From: Octopus sinensis
Taxonomy: Eukaryota
DNA: 64,000 nt
Assembly: GCF_006345805.1 (NCBI RefSeq)
Contig: NC_043011.1
Span: 17,372,464-17,436,463 of the forward strand
Direction: 5' to 3'
Numbering within the stretch: position 1 is the first letter of the stretch; each line of letters begins with the position of its first letter. Below, in pieces: positions 1-12,169 of the stretch. The notes under the pieces were generated by a model. It made no database searches. It was not told the origin of the DNA and saw only the letters and a program-made list of their open reading frames with translations. The position numbers were made by a program, and so were the translations under genes.

Positions 1-1058
1 GTGAGGAGTGCAAACATGCTTGGTATTCCTGCTTGCCTGAGGACATCTTTGTTGGGGATATGATTCTGCCATTTGATGCGGAGGATTTTTCGGAGGCAGC
101 GCAAGTGAAAGATGTTTAGGCGACGCTCTTGGCGTGTGTATAGCGTCCAAGTCTCGCTTCCATAAAGTAGAGTGCAGAGTACACATGCCTGGTAGATCTT
201 CATTTTCGTGGTCTTGGTCAGCTTATTGTTGTCCCAAGCCAGTTTGGAGAGTTGGGCCATCGTAGCAGCTGCCTTGCCAATGCGTATATTGAGCTCAGCG
301 TCAAGGGATAGGTTGTAGGTGACGGTAGAGCCCAGATAGGTAAACTTCTCCACCTCTTGTAATCTGTGGTCTCCAATATGTATGTTTGGGATGTCCGATG
401 TAGCCTGGCCCATGATGTTGGTCTTCTTAAGGCTGATAGCTAAGCCAAAGTCGTTACATGCTTGCTCAAAACAGTTAATGAGCCTTTGGAGGGCTTCTTC
501 TGTGTGTGTTACCAGAGCGGCATCATCAGCAAATAACATCTCCTTGATCAGGACGTTTCTGATTTTGGTCTTGGCACGCAGGCGCGAGAGATTGAACAGT
601 TTCCCGTCACTTCTACTGTGCAGAAACACTCCATCATCTGATGTCTGAAAGGCATGTGAAAGTAAGAGTGAGAAGAAGATGCCAAACAATGTAGGAGCGA
701 GGACACAGCCTTGCTTGACCCCGTTTTTTATTTGGAAGGCGGCTGATGTTGAACCGTTGTGCTGTATGGTGCCTTGCATGTCATCATGGAAAGACTTGAT
801 GATCCTCAGCAGCTTTGGTGGACATCCGAATTTTTGGAGCAGGAGGAAGAGGCCTGTTCTGCTTACCGAGTCAAAAGCCTTTGTTAGATCAATGAAGGCC
901 ATATATAATGGCATTTTCTGCTCTCTGGACTTCTCCTGAAGTTGGCGTATGGAGAATATCATATCGATAGTTGATCTGCTTCTTCTAAAGCCACACTGCA
1001 ATTCCGGATAGATTCGAGAAGCAAGTAGTTGTAGCCTGGCCAGGATAACGCGGGCAAA
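1..1058 (-). mobile_element. RTE-clade (BovB-like) LINE reverse transcriptase, 5'-truncated, running off the left edge
   Basis: Minus frame reads ARVILARLQLLASRIYPELQCGFRRSRSTIDMIF...YMAFIDLTKAFDSV...GVKQGCVLAPTLF...EMLFADDAAL (FADD at 522-533)...FTYLGS...LLYGSETWTL. I saw no stop. GC is clearly higher than the flank. Confidence 0.95.
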
Positions 1059-1778
1059 TAAATTCTTTATTTTAATCTATTGATATCTTGTAATTTTAAG
1101 TATGAAGTTCAATATTCGGTGGAAAGCATCATATTTCATTTATATTCTTAGTAACTGCGACGCAGATTTTGTCTCCTGAGTATCTACGATGGATTTTTAT
1201 CAAAATATTTTAGTAGACAAAACAAAGTTGTTTATAATTTTGTATGAAGTTTTACAGAATTCTGAGGTTTCATTATTCTTTCGAAGAATAAGCATTACAG
1301 AATTATAATTTTATTTATTGTCCTCCTGTATGAGACTGCTGATGTGAAATTATGTCCGATTAGACAAGGTTTCTTTCAAACAGCGCAAGCATCATTAAAA
1401 AGACATTTTTTTATCTTGTTCTGCTAACAATGCACTTACAACAATTTATATTTCAAAGGTTTTAAACTAAATATTGTATCTGCAGATATGTTACGGAATA
1501 AAAAAGAATGCAATAATATTTTTGAACAAATAACATCCATGGCAACGTCGAGTACGTAGCTTTATCATGGGACTACAAAGTAATTAGTAAGTATTCATTC
1601 GACTAAAATATCTGAAATAAAACAAGCATTAACGCGGCACTTAATGTGATTGCTCAAAGTCGGTTATGATATATATATATATATAAATAGAGAGAGAGAG
1701 AGAGAGAGGTGAGAGAGATGTTAGAGAGAGGCAATTATGCGGATAAACAAATCAAATATAACAGCTTCTGTTTGATAT

Positions 1779-1840
<62 letters not shown>

Positions 1841-1869
1841 TAAAACTTTAAGAATGCATCTTTATCATT

Positions 1870-2110
1870 TACCATTTCCTCGTTTCACTCACTGAATTGT
1901 GGTCATGCTGTGGCATCGCCTTGAAAGGTTTAGATGAATAAACCGACCATAGTATTTATCTTTAAGTCTAGTACTTATTCTATCGGTATCTTTCGTCGAA
2001 CTGTCAGGTTACGGGATCGTAAAGAAAGCAACATGTGTTAAGTGATGATGGGGAACGAAGACACAAATACACATACACATACACAAGACGGGCTTCCACA
2101 GTATAACGTC
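1870..2110 (-). mobile_element. Diverged 3' part of an OK-like tRNA-derived SINE
   Basis: Reverse complement matches the 3' half of the 53449/56545/62010 copies (gaagcccgtc...ccgatagaataagtactag...atggccac). Confidence 0.6.
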
Positions 2111-2384
2111 AATCCTCAGTCGCTTACATCTGCTTTTTGACCAGCTTTCTTGTGTTAACACCCGGAATATTTTCCTTCCCAGACTCAGGCATTTATATAT
2201 GGAAGATAACAACGTAGCTTTCGCGCCCGTGCAGCTGCCAGTCTAATGCATGTGGTGGGTGGATCTTCAAGTTGCCACACCCGTTCTTAGTAGCTTAGAG
2301 AAGGCTCGAATTAGAGATTATTCTTTGTGGCTAATAGCATGAGTCCTGATTGGAAGAAGAAGAAGAAGAAGAAGAAGAAGAAGA

Positions 2385-4203
2385 CAGCAACAGCAGCAAC
2401 TACAACAATAACATCAGCAACAGTAGCAACTACAACAGCAACAAAAACAACAATTGCGTGAATTAATCTTGAAGAAGTTTGAAAGCACTTCCGGTTCGTA
2501 CTTGTCAGACTGTGTAGCAAACTCAATTGAAGAATTTAGTTATAATCCAAAAGAAGGAACTACCTTCTCTGCTTATTTTCAAAGATGCAAAGAAATCTTC
2601 AAAGAGGAATGTAAAAAACTGGTCTGATGAGAAAAAAGTACAACTACTTGTTGTCGAACACAAGAAATATAGTAGCGATATTCTGCCGAAGAAACCAGGT
2701 GAAATTTGTTTTGATGAAAATTTTTTAATCGAAATGTTTCAGTGAAAGGTTTCCCTGTTCAATACTCACTGGCAGTGTTTAAATTTGGCCAAAATGGTTG
2801 ATGAAGATTTCGTCACCTATACTGAGGTTGTTAACAAAGAGTGTGAAAAATTCAAATTAAATTAAGTAAACCCCGGACATATTCAAATGTCTAATTTTTG
2901 TTCAAGGGTTAACTGTAAGCAAAAATACAGATTTACGCTTCCGGATATTAACAAAATCAGAAGAAGACCAAAAATTTAACTCTACAGACAGTAGCAGAAA
3001 AATGCCAAAGGATTATATATTAAAGACATGACACAGATAAAATTGAAGAAAAAGATAGATCTCTTATCCATGCTTGTCGCCCTGTAACTATAAGAAAAAA
3101 CAAATGTCAAACGGAATCCATGTTATTGGTTTGGTGGTCTACATCTTAAAAATAACTGCCGTTTAAAAATATAAAATGTTTCAAGTGTGGTAAGATAGGT
3201 TTAAAAAACGGTTGAAGACCAAAAATCGCGTAAACAAGGTGTCGGTGACAAAATTACAAACGATCCGCGAAGGAAATTTGTGTATATAAAAATTAATATC
3301 ACAAACGTAAAGTTACAATTGTTTACGGGCAGTGATATATCGATAATTAAAGCAGATACATGGGAAAAAAATCGGGAAACCTAGATTAAAAGCAAGTTCG
3401 AAAATTGCACGTGGTGTTTCAGGAAAAAATACATTTTAAAGGCCCTGCACTTCAACAATTTCTAAGAGTGTACCGAGTAACACATAATCTTAATTCCCTG
3501 TGTGGAATGTCACTAGCGGAATTGATGTTTGCTAGAAAGATCAGATTCGTCTTTGATAAACTTATACCGAGAGAAAATAGAAAAAAGCGAACAAGATGTT
3601 TCAAAATTCAAGTTAGGTATTAAAGCTTTTTTTTTAACTTATAGATGTGGTAAAGAAAGATGAGAGGACGGTGTAATTATTAAACAAATATTTAATGCTT
3701 TTCTTGGTTAAAGGAAAAAAATGTCGAACATACAAGACATATAAACCAACTTAAAAAAGATTCATAGATGAAACAGTCTCAAGAGATGAAATTCCCATGG
3801 AAGTATTGTACGACGCGTTTGAGGCACCAACACCCAAACAAATTAAAACTACACATTCAAATAACAGAAAAGGGAAACGAATGGAAATACTGGAATTAAA
3901 CCCTAAGCGTAAGGGATATTAAAACTCTAGACGGAATTTAATTTCCCAAAACGGGAGAAGTTATGGGCGGCTAACTCTCAAAATGGGAGATGTTGTGGAA
4001 AAATTCCGACCAATCCCAGGTAACTAACAGGGGACGGACGCACTTCAATAAAATTTAAAAAACTGTCAAGTGGAAAGCAACGATTGATTGCAAGCAATTG
4101 ACTGTGAGCAGTTGACAGAGAGCGGTTAGCCTCATGTAACAGTAATCGCATTTCGTCGTATAAATACTGTTTCCCCGCGCTTCGTTAAATTATTTCTCCA
4201 ACA
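2385..4203 (+). mobile_element. Degenerate, internally deleted Ty3/Gypsy LTR retrotransposon (gag, protease, integrase C-terminus, 3' LTR)
   Basis: Poly-Q followed by NSIEEFSYNPKEGTTFSAYFQRCKEIF...WSDEKKVQLL; knuckle remnants CYWFGGLH and CFKCGKIG; protease xTGSDISII...W.KIGKP; integrase end FLRVYRVT...SLAELMFARK; purine tract GGGAGA followed by TGTTG (3991)...CAACA (4203). Confidence 0.8.
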
Positions 4204-4244
4204 CCAGGATATAAAACATATACAAATAAATGTATGCTCGTCGT

Positions 4245-4640
4245 AGGCGGACGTTATCAAAGAAGCTGGAGAGGCGGTTGGATGTAACTTACACTCGCCT
4301 CCTTATGAGAGCTCAAAATCTCTCGTGGAAGCGTCATCCAACCAAAGTACAAATATATGGGAAACTACCACCTGTATCATCTCTTGTGAAAGGTAGAAGA
4401 GTCCAGTTTGCTGGACATTGTTGTAGAGCTGAAAACGAGGTAATTTCTACTTCTCCTCATCTCTTCTGGAAGCCATTTGCCCGCGATATCGGAGGGCGCA
4501 CACTCTCCCACTCTGATGTAATCTCCAGGGATACCGGCATCCAGCAACAGGACCTCCGTAATACTATGATGGACCCTGGGGTCTGGCGTAACATAGTAAA
4601 TTCCATTGTCTCGACCACGGTCGAACAATGATGATGATGA
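4245..4640 (+). mobile_element. RTE-type LINE 3' fragment with (TGA)n tail
   Basis: TLSKKLERRLDVTYTRLLMRAQNLSWKRHPT...RRVQFAGHCCRA...WRNIV, then aatgatgatgatga. Confidence 0.85.
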
Positions 4641-5202
4641 TAGGTGGGTGCTAGTAAAGGAACGAAGAGTCTCATAATTGGAACGATACATGGAGATTGA
4701 AACAAGTCAAAACTACTGCAGAGAGAAAGCTGACTGAAGCAAAGATGTACTCAGCATGATGCCATTTATGATTTAATTTAAGGAAGCGCTGGTCATAGAA
4801 TAACACCAATTCGGAGAAAGAAATCTGTATATCAATACAGTGAAGTAAAAAAAAAATTTATAATAATAAACAGAAAAATATAATAGGCTTATCAAAGAAG
4901 CTGGCGTAGAACGATAATATGGCACTAAAAAGAGAAACAATTCCGAATGAGAGAGTGATCTAATTGTCTAGTATTAATTTAGGAGATTTATTGCATAAAT
5001 GAATAAATAAATAAAATGAAATGAATGAAGAAACAAGATATGGTTAGTAAGAAAAAAAGGAACATAAAAAAACGAAAAATATAAAGTTTGAAAAACAAGA
5101 TCAGAGACAGAAACGGTGCACACTCTGCTGGTTCTGAGAGACAGAAGAGTATTTTGAAGAACATTGATATAGTATCAATTGCAGACACCACATACATGCA
5201 TA

Positions 5203-5252
<50 letters not shown>

Positions 5253-5258
<6 letters not shown>

Positions 5259-5653
5259 TTGCAAGATTTTTGATGTCAAATCGTGTGTTGAAACAGATAT
5301 CGTTGTGTTTAGGAATGGTAATTTTGCCAGTTTAGCCAATAAAATATTACAGATACAAATATTACAGGCATCCCCCCCCAGCCACTAACTAAAAATAGAT
5401 GCATATGGAGATATACGCATGCGCAAATGAAGACACATACAATAGAAATACAAAAAGGCTGACGGTTAGTAAGGAGAGAAAATAAGAAAGAAAAAAGCAA
5501 AGGACCACTGATGCGGTCACAGGAGTGTGACGAAAGAACTCTGGCCGAAAAAAGATTAAGATTAATGTAAAAAAAAAAATAACGCTGAAGCAATGTAACA
5601 CCAAATATATAGTGCGTGTGTTTTTATTGGCTAAACTGTAAAATGACCATTCC

Positions 5654-5654
<1 letters not shown>
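5253..5654 (+). mobile_element. Dispersed non-coding repeat flanked by TA repeats, copy 1 (34-bp internal inverted repeat)
   Basis: Clearly homologous to 29788-30126. Segment 5311-5344 is the reverse complement of 5622-5654. Confidence 0.75.
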
Positions 5655-5687
<33 letters not shown>

Positions 5688-5900
5688 TGTATGTATGTAT
5701 GCATGTATGTATCTATGTATGTATGTATGTATGTGTGTATATATATATATATATATATTGTATGTATGTATGTATATGTGCGTCTTTGTGCGTGCGCAAA
5801 CATGCTCAAGAATATAAGCAAAATACAGGAGTCCAAAGTTTATAATATTAACTATAACAGTGGTTTCAAGTTTTGAAAGTGATATCGAGAAAGTGGGTAC

Positions 5901-6234
5901 GTCGATTACATCGACCCCAGTGTATAATTGGTACTTATTTTATCGACTCCAAAAGGATAAAAAAAAACAAAGTCAACCTCAGTGGAATTTGAATTAAAAA
6001 CGCAAGGACGGAAGAAATGCCGCAAAACAATTTGCTCGGCGTGCTAACGATTCTTTTCTACTCTAGGCACAAGGCCCAACATTTTTGGGGAGAGGGCAAT
6101 CGAATAGATTGACCCCAGTAAGCAACTGGTACTTAAGTTATCGATCCCGGTGGAATTTGAACTCAGAACATAAAGACAGACGAAATACTGCTAAGTATTT
6201 CGCCCGGTGTGCTTACGATTCTCTCCCTCTCTCG
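5901..6234 (-). mobile_element. tRNA-derived SINE family A, two stacked partial copies
   Basis: Same motifs as 7836-8570 (gaatttgaactcagaac, ggtacttaatttatcgac, ctctaggcacaaggccc) in reverse orientation. Confidence 0.75.
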
Positions 6235-6325
6235 CCCATACACATATACTATATATATATGTTTTTTTTTTCATATATCTATACATAGAATAAAATAATA
6301 TTTGATCTATAATATATATATAGGC

Positions 6326-6365
<40 letters not shown>

Positions 6366-6768
6366 GACTTTTGATACAAAGAGCGAGAAATATCCTTAAA
6401 GAAACAAACTGATATATTCGTATATATACGACGAATCAATTGACTATGTGTGTGTGTGCGCTGAATAATTAAAAAAAAATCCACTGTAAATTCACACAGT
6501 TGGATGTTATCTTAGTTTTGTCGTTAAATATTTCTTTTGTGCAATACGTGTGTAATTTTAATTAAAATTTCTCGGATCACCAAAATATGTATATTAGCAC
6601 GTACGTGAGTAATTGATTTGATGCCGTAGTCATCACCGGGTATTTCAGTTCAGTTATTCTTCTAAATATTTCATATATGTTGGTCTCTTCGTATATCTGT
6701 TTAGTTATTCGGCTAAATATTCAATATTTGTGTACCTATGTTGATATCGGTGTGTCTATAAGAATATA

Positions 6769-6906
6769 TATATAAGAATTTTTTACATAATAAGATAAAA
6801 ACAAGGCCGTGTAGATATTAGAGCTCTAAGACCTTCTATCTATAAATGCTCTAATATCTACACAGTCTTGGTTTTTTATCTTATTATGGAAAAAAATTCT
6901 TATATA
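6769..6906. repeat. Inverted repeat (~57-bp arms, 23-bp spacer), MITE-like fold-back
   Basis: tatataagaattttttacataataagataaaaacaaggccgtgtagatattagagc pairs with gctctaatatctacacagtcttggttttttatcttattatggaaaaaaattcttatata. Confidence 0.85.
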
Positions 6907-7835
6907 CACACGCAGACATAGAACCAACATTGAACCCTTTATTCACAATATTACTGAATCTGGAACTTAACTATAGTCTGTCTATAGCACTTATTCAGCA
7001 TTACCTGACACCTTTGGGTCTCAATGACACCATTATCTCTTATATATATATATATATATATATATTCCTGAGCGTTATACTAATACATCTGTTTGTTTTG
7101 TACACCACCTGTCTTCGTCTTTTGCTATTTTCGTAAACTCTCCCTATATATATATGTGCATATACACGTTACGTTAATGTGCATATTTGTGTTTGCATGT
7201 GTGAATTTGTGTGTGCGCGTGTGTGTGTGCGTGCGTGTCTGTGTGTCTGTGTGTGTGTGTGTGTGCTTATATTGATATTTTTGTATATACGTAGGTGTTC
7301 CTCATCTGAATTTTTTATTTGTATATATTTGACATGCATTTTCTTATATTAAATCTGAAATAACATAGTTTCAGATAATCATACCAACTTAAATTGTATT
7401 TAGATTCATAATATTGAAGTGTAAGGCATATTCTCTCCAACGAAGCCGGGAGTTTGTTTGTACTAAAATTTATTTCGGTGTTTTTCCCAGCATTTCTTGG
7501 TGCTGTATCCATTTTAATATTTCTCGTGATATTATTGAATGAAGAAGAACAAGAAGAAAAAGAAAGTTGAGATGCAATGCTGGTATGTAATGTTTGCTCG
7601 ATATATTACACACTGATCCAGAATGGATTGAATGATAAATCTGATGTCAGCACCGTTCAGATGGTGTTGGCGTATGTTTCCGCAAAAAATAAGACAGCAT
7701 TCAGAGTGAAGGCAGGAAAAAAGAAAATCTGAGATATGAGAAGGGATCCTAATAATTAATACCAATGCATCATTTATTATTATTATATTATAACAATTCT
7801 TTTATAATTCAGCTCTTGAATGCTATAATTCTCGT

Positions 7836-8570
7836 AAAGTTTTATTCGATGACTTTGCCTTTCATCCTTTCGGGATCGATAAATTAAGTACCAGTTACGT
7901 AGTGAGTTCGATCTAATCGACAGGCCGCCTCCCCCAAAATTTTGGGCCTTATGCCTTGAGTAGAAAATAATATTGTTTTCGATATTGCAAGGCGGCGAGC
8001 TGGCAGAATCATTAGCACGCCGGGCGAAATGCGTAGCCATATTTCGTCTGTCGTTACGTTCTGAGTTCAAATTCCGCTGAGGTCGACTTCGCCTTTCATC
8101 CTTTCGGGGTCGATAAATTAAGTACCAGTTACGCACTGGGGTCGATATAATCGACTTAATCCCTTTGTCTATCCTTGTTTGTTCTCTCTGCGTTTAGCCC
8201 CTTGTGTGTAGTAAAGAAATTGGTATTTCGTCTGCAGCTACGTTCTGAGTTCAAACTGCGCCGAGGTCGACTTTGTCTTTCATCCTTTCGTGGTCGATAA
8301 ATTAAGTACCAGTTACGTACTGGGGTCCATACAATCGACTTAATCCGTTTGTCTGTCCTCTCTGTGTTTAGCCACTTGTGGATAGTAAAGAAATAGGTAT
8401 TTCATCTGTCTGCACGTTCTGAGTTCAAATTCCGCCGAGGTCGACCTTTCCTTTCATCCTTTCGGGGTTGATAAATTAAGCACCCTTCACATACTGGGGT
8501 CGATCCAATCGGCTGGCCCCCTCCCCTCAAAATTTCAGGCCTTTTATCTAGAGTAGAAAAGAATATTTTA
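7836..8570 (+). mobile_element. tRNA-derived SINE family A: a truncated copy plus a full copy with three internal ~175-bp tandem units
   Basis: Head ggcggcgagctggcagaatcattagc (A-box-like, ~7991). B-box-like gagttcaaattcc recurs at ~8064, ~8247 and ~8419, each followed by ctttcatcctttcggggtcgataaattaagtaccag. ttcgatattg occurs at 7978-7987 and 8571-8580. Confidence 0.85.
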
Positions 8571-9724
8571 TTCGATATTGAGAGGCGAAAGAGGCGAATG
8601 TTGAGGGCAAGAAAATGTTGAGAAAAAAAAACGGTGCTTCATGGTCTCTTGTGTGAAAAGATCTATGAAGCATAATCCGTGGGCGAGATCGACAGCATGA
8701 TTGAGATAGGCATTAGACTTTAGCCTGTTGCCATGTCTTTAGTCTTATTTGAAGTTATTTTTAAATACGCCATGTTTGGAAAATATAATATAAAATAGTC
8801 AGTTACCCTTCCCTCTGCAGAACCAATCAGGAGCTTTTACTCGCCGGAGTGCGTCTCATATTATTCTACCCATTGAGTTACAACATATTGATCAGATTTT
8901 CACTTGTTCCAGTTAACTACGCTTTTGATATCTTTTCGAAGATTTAGAAACATCTCAGTTACTGTAATTGATTGTATGTCCATTGTCATTTCTATGAATA
9001 ATAAAGAAAAGTAAGCCTAACCCAGAGCGTCTATTGTCGGTGGTAATCAAACACATAAATATTCTCTAACACCGTTAGATGTAGACCACCAAACCGTTTG
9101 TCGGTGGATACACGAAATGTCGCCTCTGATTTATGTTTTTATGTCGTTGTTTCTGATGCTGAAGTAAGACCTGCTAGCGAGGAATTGCGGTTGGACATAT
9201 TTGTTGTTAAAAATTTTTAGCGATTCTTGTAAGCGCTTTTTCGACTGATATACATATACAAAAAAATCAACTATCGGATATACATGACGATACCCACGCA
9301 TCCTCAGTGAATTAAAATACCAATATACATATATATTGAAATCATACACACACACAAGCGTGCGCACACACATACACACACGCACACACACTGATAGTAG
9401 AAATTAAGACAAACACCAGTATGAATATTTAGTTCTTACGTAAGTTTCACTATTTCAGTTATTTAAAATTCAGCATTAGATGTTAACAGAAAAACTGGAC
9501 ACCTAACAGCAATAACTCATCATGGGAGAAATTTTATTGCAAGATAAACAAATAGCTGGCCGAAACGTTGCAGCCATTGTCAACAACGTCCTTGTTTAAG
9601 AGTGATAAATGTGTACTCTATAAAAGTATAGTATAACCGAACAGATTAATGGAAAAATTGTTTTTATTATATCTGAACATAAATACAAACATTAAGACAG
9701 AAATTAAAAGTAGTCCGTCGTGTG

Positions 9725-9965
9725 TGTATATATATAATATGGGTGTGTCTTTGTGTCTGTGTTTGTCTCCCCCACCCCAACACCACCACATGATAATTAG
9801 TGTTGATGTGTTTACATCAGCGTAACTTCACGGTTCGGCAAACGACACCGATAGAATAAGTACCAAGGTTTTGAAAATAAATATTGGGGTCGATTCATTC
9901 AACTAAAAATTCAACAAGACGATGCTTTGGTATGGCTGCAGTCTAGTGACTGAAACAGGCAAAAG
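9725..9965 (+). mobile_element. OK-like SINE, 3' part
   Basis: ggttcggcaaacgacaccgatagaataagtac...gggtcgatt...atgactgaaaca matches the full-length copies. Confidence 0.65.
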
Positions 9966-10007
9966 ATAAATATATAAGAATGTATATATATACATATACA
10001 TATACAT

Positions 10008-10088
<81 letters not shown>

Positions 10089-10432
10089 GTATATTTATAT
10101 GTGTGTGTGTGTATATATATAGTGACTGAAACAAGTAAAAGATATATATGTATGTATATATGTATATATATGTATGCACATATGTATATATATTTATATA
10201 TATTATATATAAGGGCTTAGTAAAATAATTACTTTGCCACATACTGAACTCATTAGAAATAGCTAAAGAAATTTCTTCAGCTATTTCTAATACTTAAAGA
10301 AGATCTCTCTCAGATAGTGTTTGCCTAAACTAACTCACAAAAGTATGGGGGAAAAAACATTAAAAAATCAAGTGGAAAGGTTATTTGAGAACGTACGTTT
10401 CTAGATTAGTCAATTCGACATTTATATATATT

Positions 10433-10463
<31 letters not shown>

Positions 10464-10489
10464 ATATACACGCGTTGGTTGCCAGGTAA

Positions 10490-10690
10490 CACACTCCTGA
10501 TGTATTCGCTCATAGCCCGGTAGCAGTGTCCAACAAAACTGAGCGTCCTGCCTCTGATAAATTCTGATATCGGGTAAGGTCCCTGTAAATATTTTTATTG
10601 GCCACCCCACTGTTGCCAACCAATCGATATCCAGTGCGTGTCGGAGTAAGTGGGTGTGGCATCTGTCTAGTTTTTCCTGGGAATCTCTTA
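10490..10690 (-). mobile_element. Old RTE-type LINE C-terminal fragment
   Basis: Minus reading with a frameshift gives EKLDRCHTHLLRHALDIDW...ANKNIYRDL...RTLSFVGHCYRA, matching the motif order at 4245-4640. Confidence 0.6.
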
Positions 10691-11281
10691 GAATAACTGG
10701 AAGTAATCAATTTCTGTTCGGCAAAGACAGTTAATACAATTTACAAAGGAAGTCCGTATTCTGATGCTGATTTTGTTTTTGCCTTTATTCTTTTCTGGCA
10801 GAAGTACAGATAACTTCTTCAATGAAAATGAACAAAGATTTGAATGTTTTACCTGAAAATGTGACTACAAAATTTTGGTAAATATGAACTTTAAAATCCT
10901 AAAATAGCTATAATTTTTACCGAAAGCTCAGCTAAAATTTATTTCCGTAACAAATGGCAGATGTCAAATTTCTGTACAAGTTAATTGGTTCATTGGAGAG
11001 GAAGGACAGTTCAGTTTGAAATCATTTAATAGCATTTACGTCATTTTATAGCATATACTGTCTGCATGTGCAACCGTGTATGTTTATGTTGTATGTATGT
11101 GTATGTTGTGTGTATATATATGTTGTGTGTATGTGTATGTTGTGTGTGTATGTGTATGTTGTGAGTATGTGTCTTTTTATCTGTGTTTTCGGAAAAGTAT
11201 ATATTTACAAAACTAAAGTACATAATAATTAAAAACGTGTGCATTGGATTTCACTTTTGTATCATACAGAGGCATAGTTAC

Positions 11282-11488
11282 AAACAACTTATAAATAAGG
11301 GCAAATGAAAACATTTCTAACGCCAAATATGCCGAAATTAGACACCCTGTCAATAACCATATAATTTTTCACAATACGCACGTATTGCGTGCGTATTGTG
11401 AAAAATTATATGGTTATGGACAGGATGTCTAATTTCGGCATATTTGGCATTAGAAATTATTTCATTTGCCCTTATTTATAAGTTGTTT
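11282..11488. repeat. Long hairpin: 101-bp arms, 5-nt loop, ~5 mismatches
   Basis: 11282-11382 is the reverse complement of 11388-11488; the loop is TATTG. Confidence 0.9.
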
Positions 11489-11894
11489 ATAAATTTAACC
11501 TTTAAAGGTATTTTTTAATATGCTGGCCATAGATTTTTTTTTTTCGAAAAAATTTTATCCTACATTAAATATAAATTTAAAGAAGCATATTTACTGATAT
11601 CTTTAAGTATACACCAACATATTTAATGTTCAACCATACTTGACCTCCAAAACAGATATTATTTACAATTATATATGTAATGTATGAAAGAATCAATTGT
11701 AAGTTTTTTGTCATGAATCCTTGAAATTTCTATCTAAGTATTGGGCTAAAATTCAGGTTCAAAATAGGCAAAAAATCCTAAGCACAACAGGATTCATTAT
11801 TAATAATTTTTAAATACAAATTCGTTTTATCTCGAATTATCACCTACTTTCTTTGTTTATTAGGGAATATAGTTTTCAAATCAAACTGACTCAC

Positions 11895-12169
11895 TTCTGT
11901 ATGCCTTAACATCAAACTCTGTATTGGTATATTGTAATGGTCGGAAAAGAGCTCCAAAAAATCGACGAAATTAAGAAGCAATACCGGTATATTGAGCAGT
12001 GAACTCTTCACTCCGTAAAGCTATGTTAGTTGTTCAAGTAACAAATTCGAGAGCATTATTCCCAATCCTGCGCCACAAACGGTTATTCCTATTGCCAGCG
12101 CACGTTTCTTATTAAAATAGAGGCCTGTGGTGATATAACGGAGGAGATAAGACATTCCGAGTGATATAC
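11895..12169 (-). pseudogene. SLC16/MCT-like monocarboxylate transporter, internal exon (TM4-TM6), disabled
   Basis: Acceptor tttatatttttgcag| then GISLGMSYLLRYITTGLYFNKKRALAIGITVCGAGLGIMLSNLLLEQLT*LYGVKSSLL...[frameshift]FGALFRPL, then donor |gtgagt. YFxKKRALAxGI and LxRP are MCT signatures. TAG at 12021-12023. Confidence 0.85.

Noticed and set aside
382-939. Plus-strand ORFs of 88 and 86 aa
   Set aside because: They are antisense shadows of the minus-strand RTE reverse transcriptase; the same applies to minus ORFs over 34.3-38.9 kb.
7836-8570. Regular ~175-bp repeats as a CRISPR-like array or retrozyme
   Set aside because: There are no unique spacers and no hammerhead core; they are internal SINE modules in eukaryotic DNA.
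10700-10853. Further MCT exon (cytoplasmic loop)
   Set aside because: The acceptor is plausible but the expected frame stops early and the similarity is too weak.
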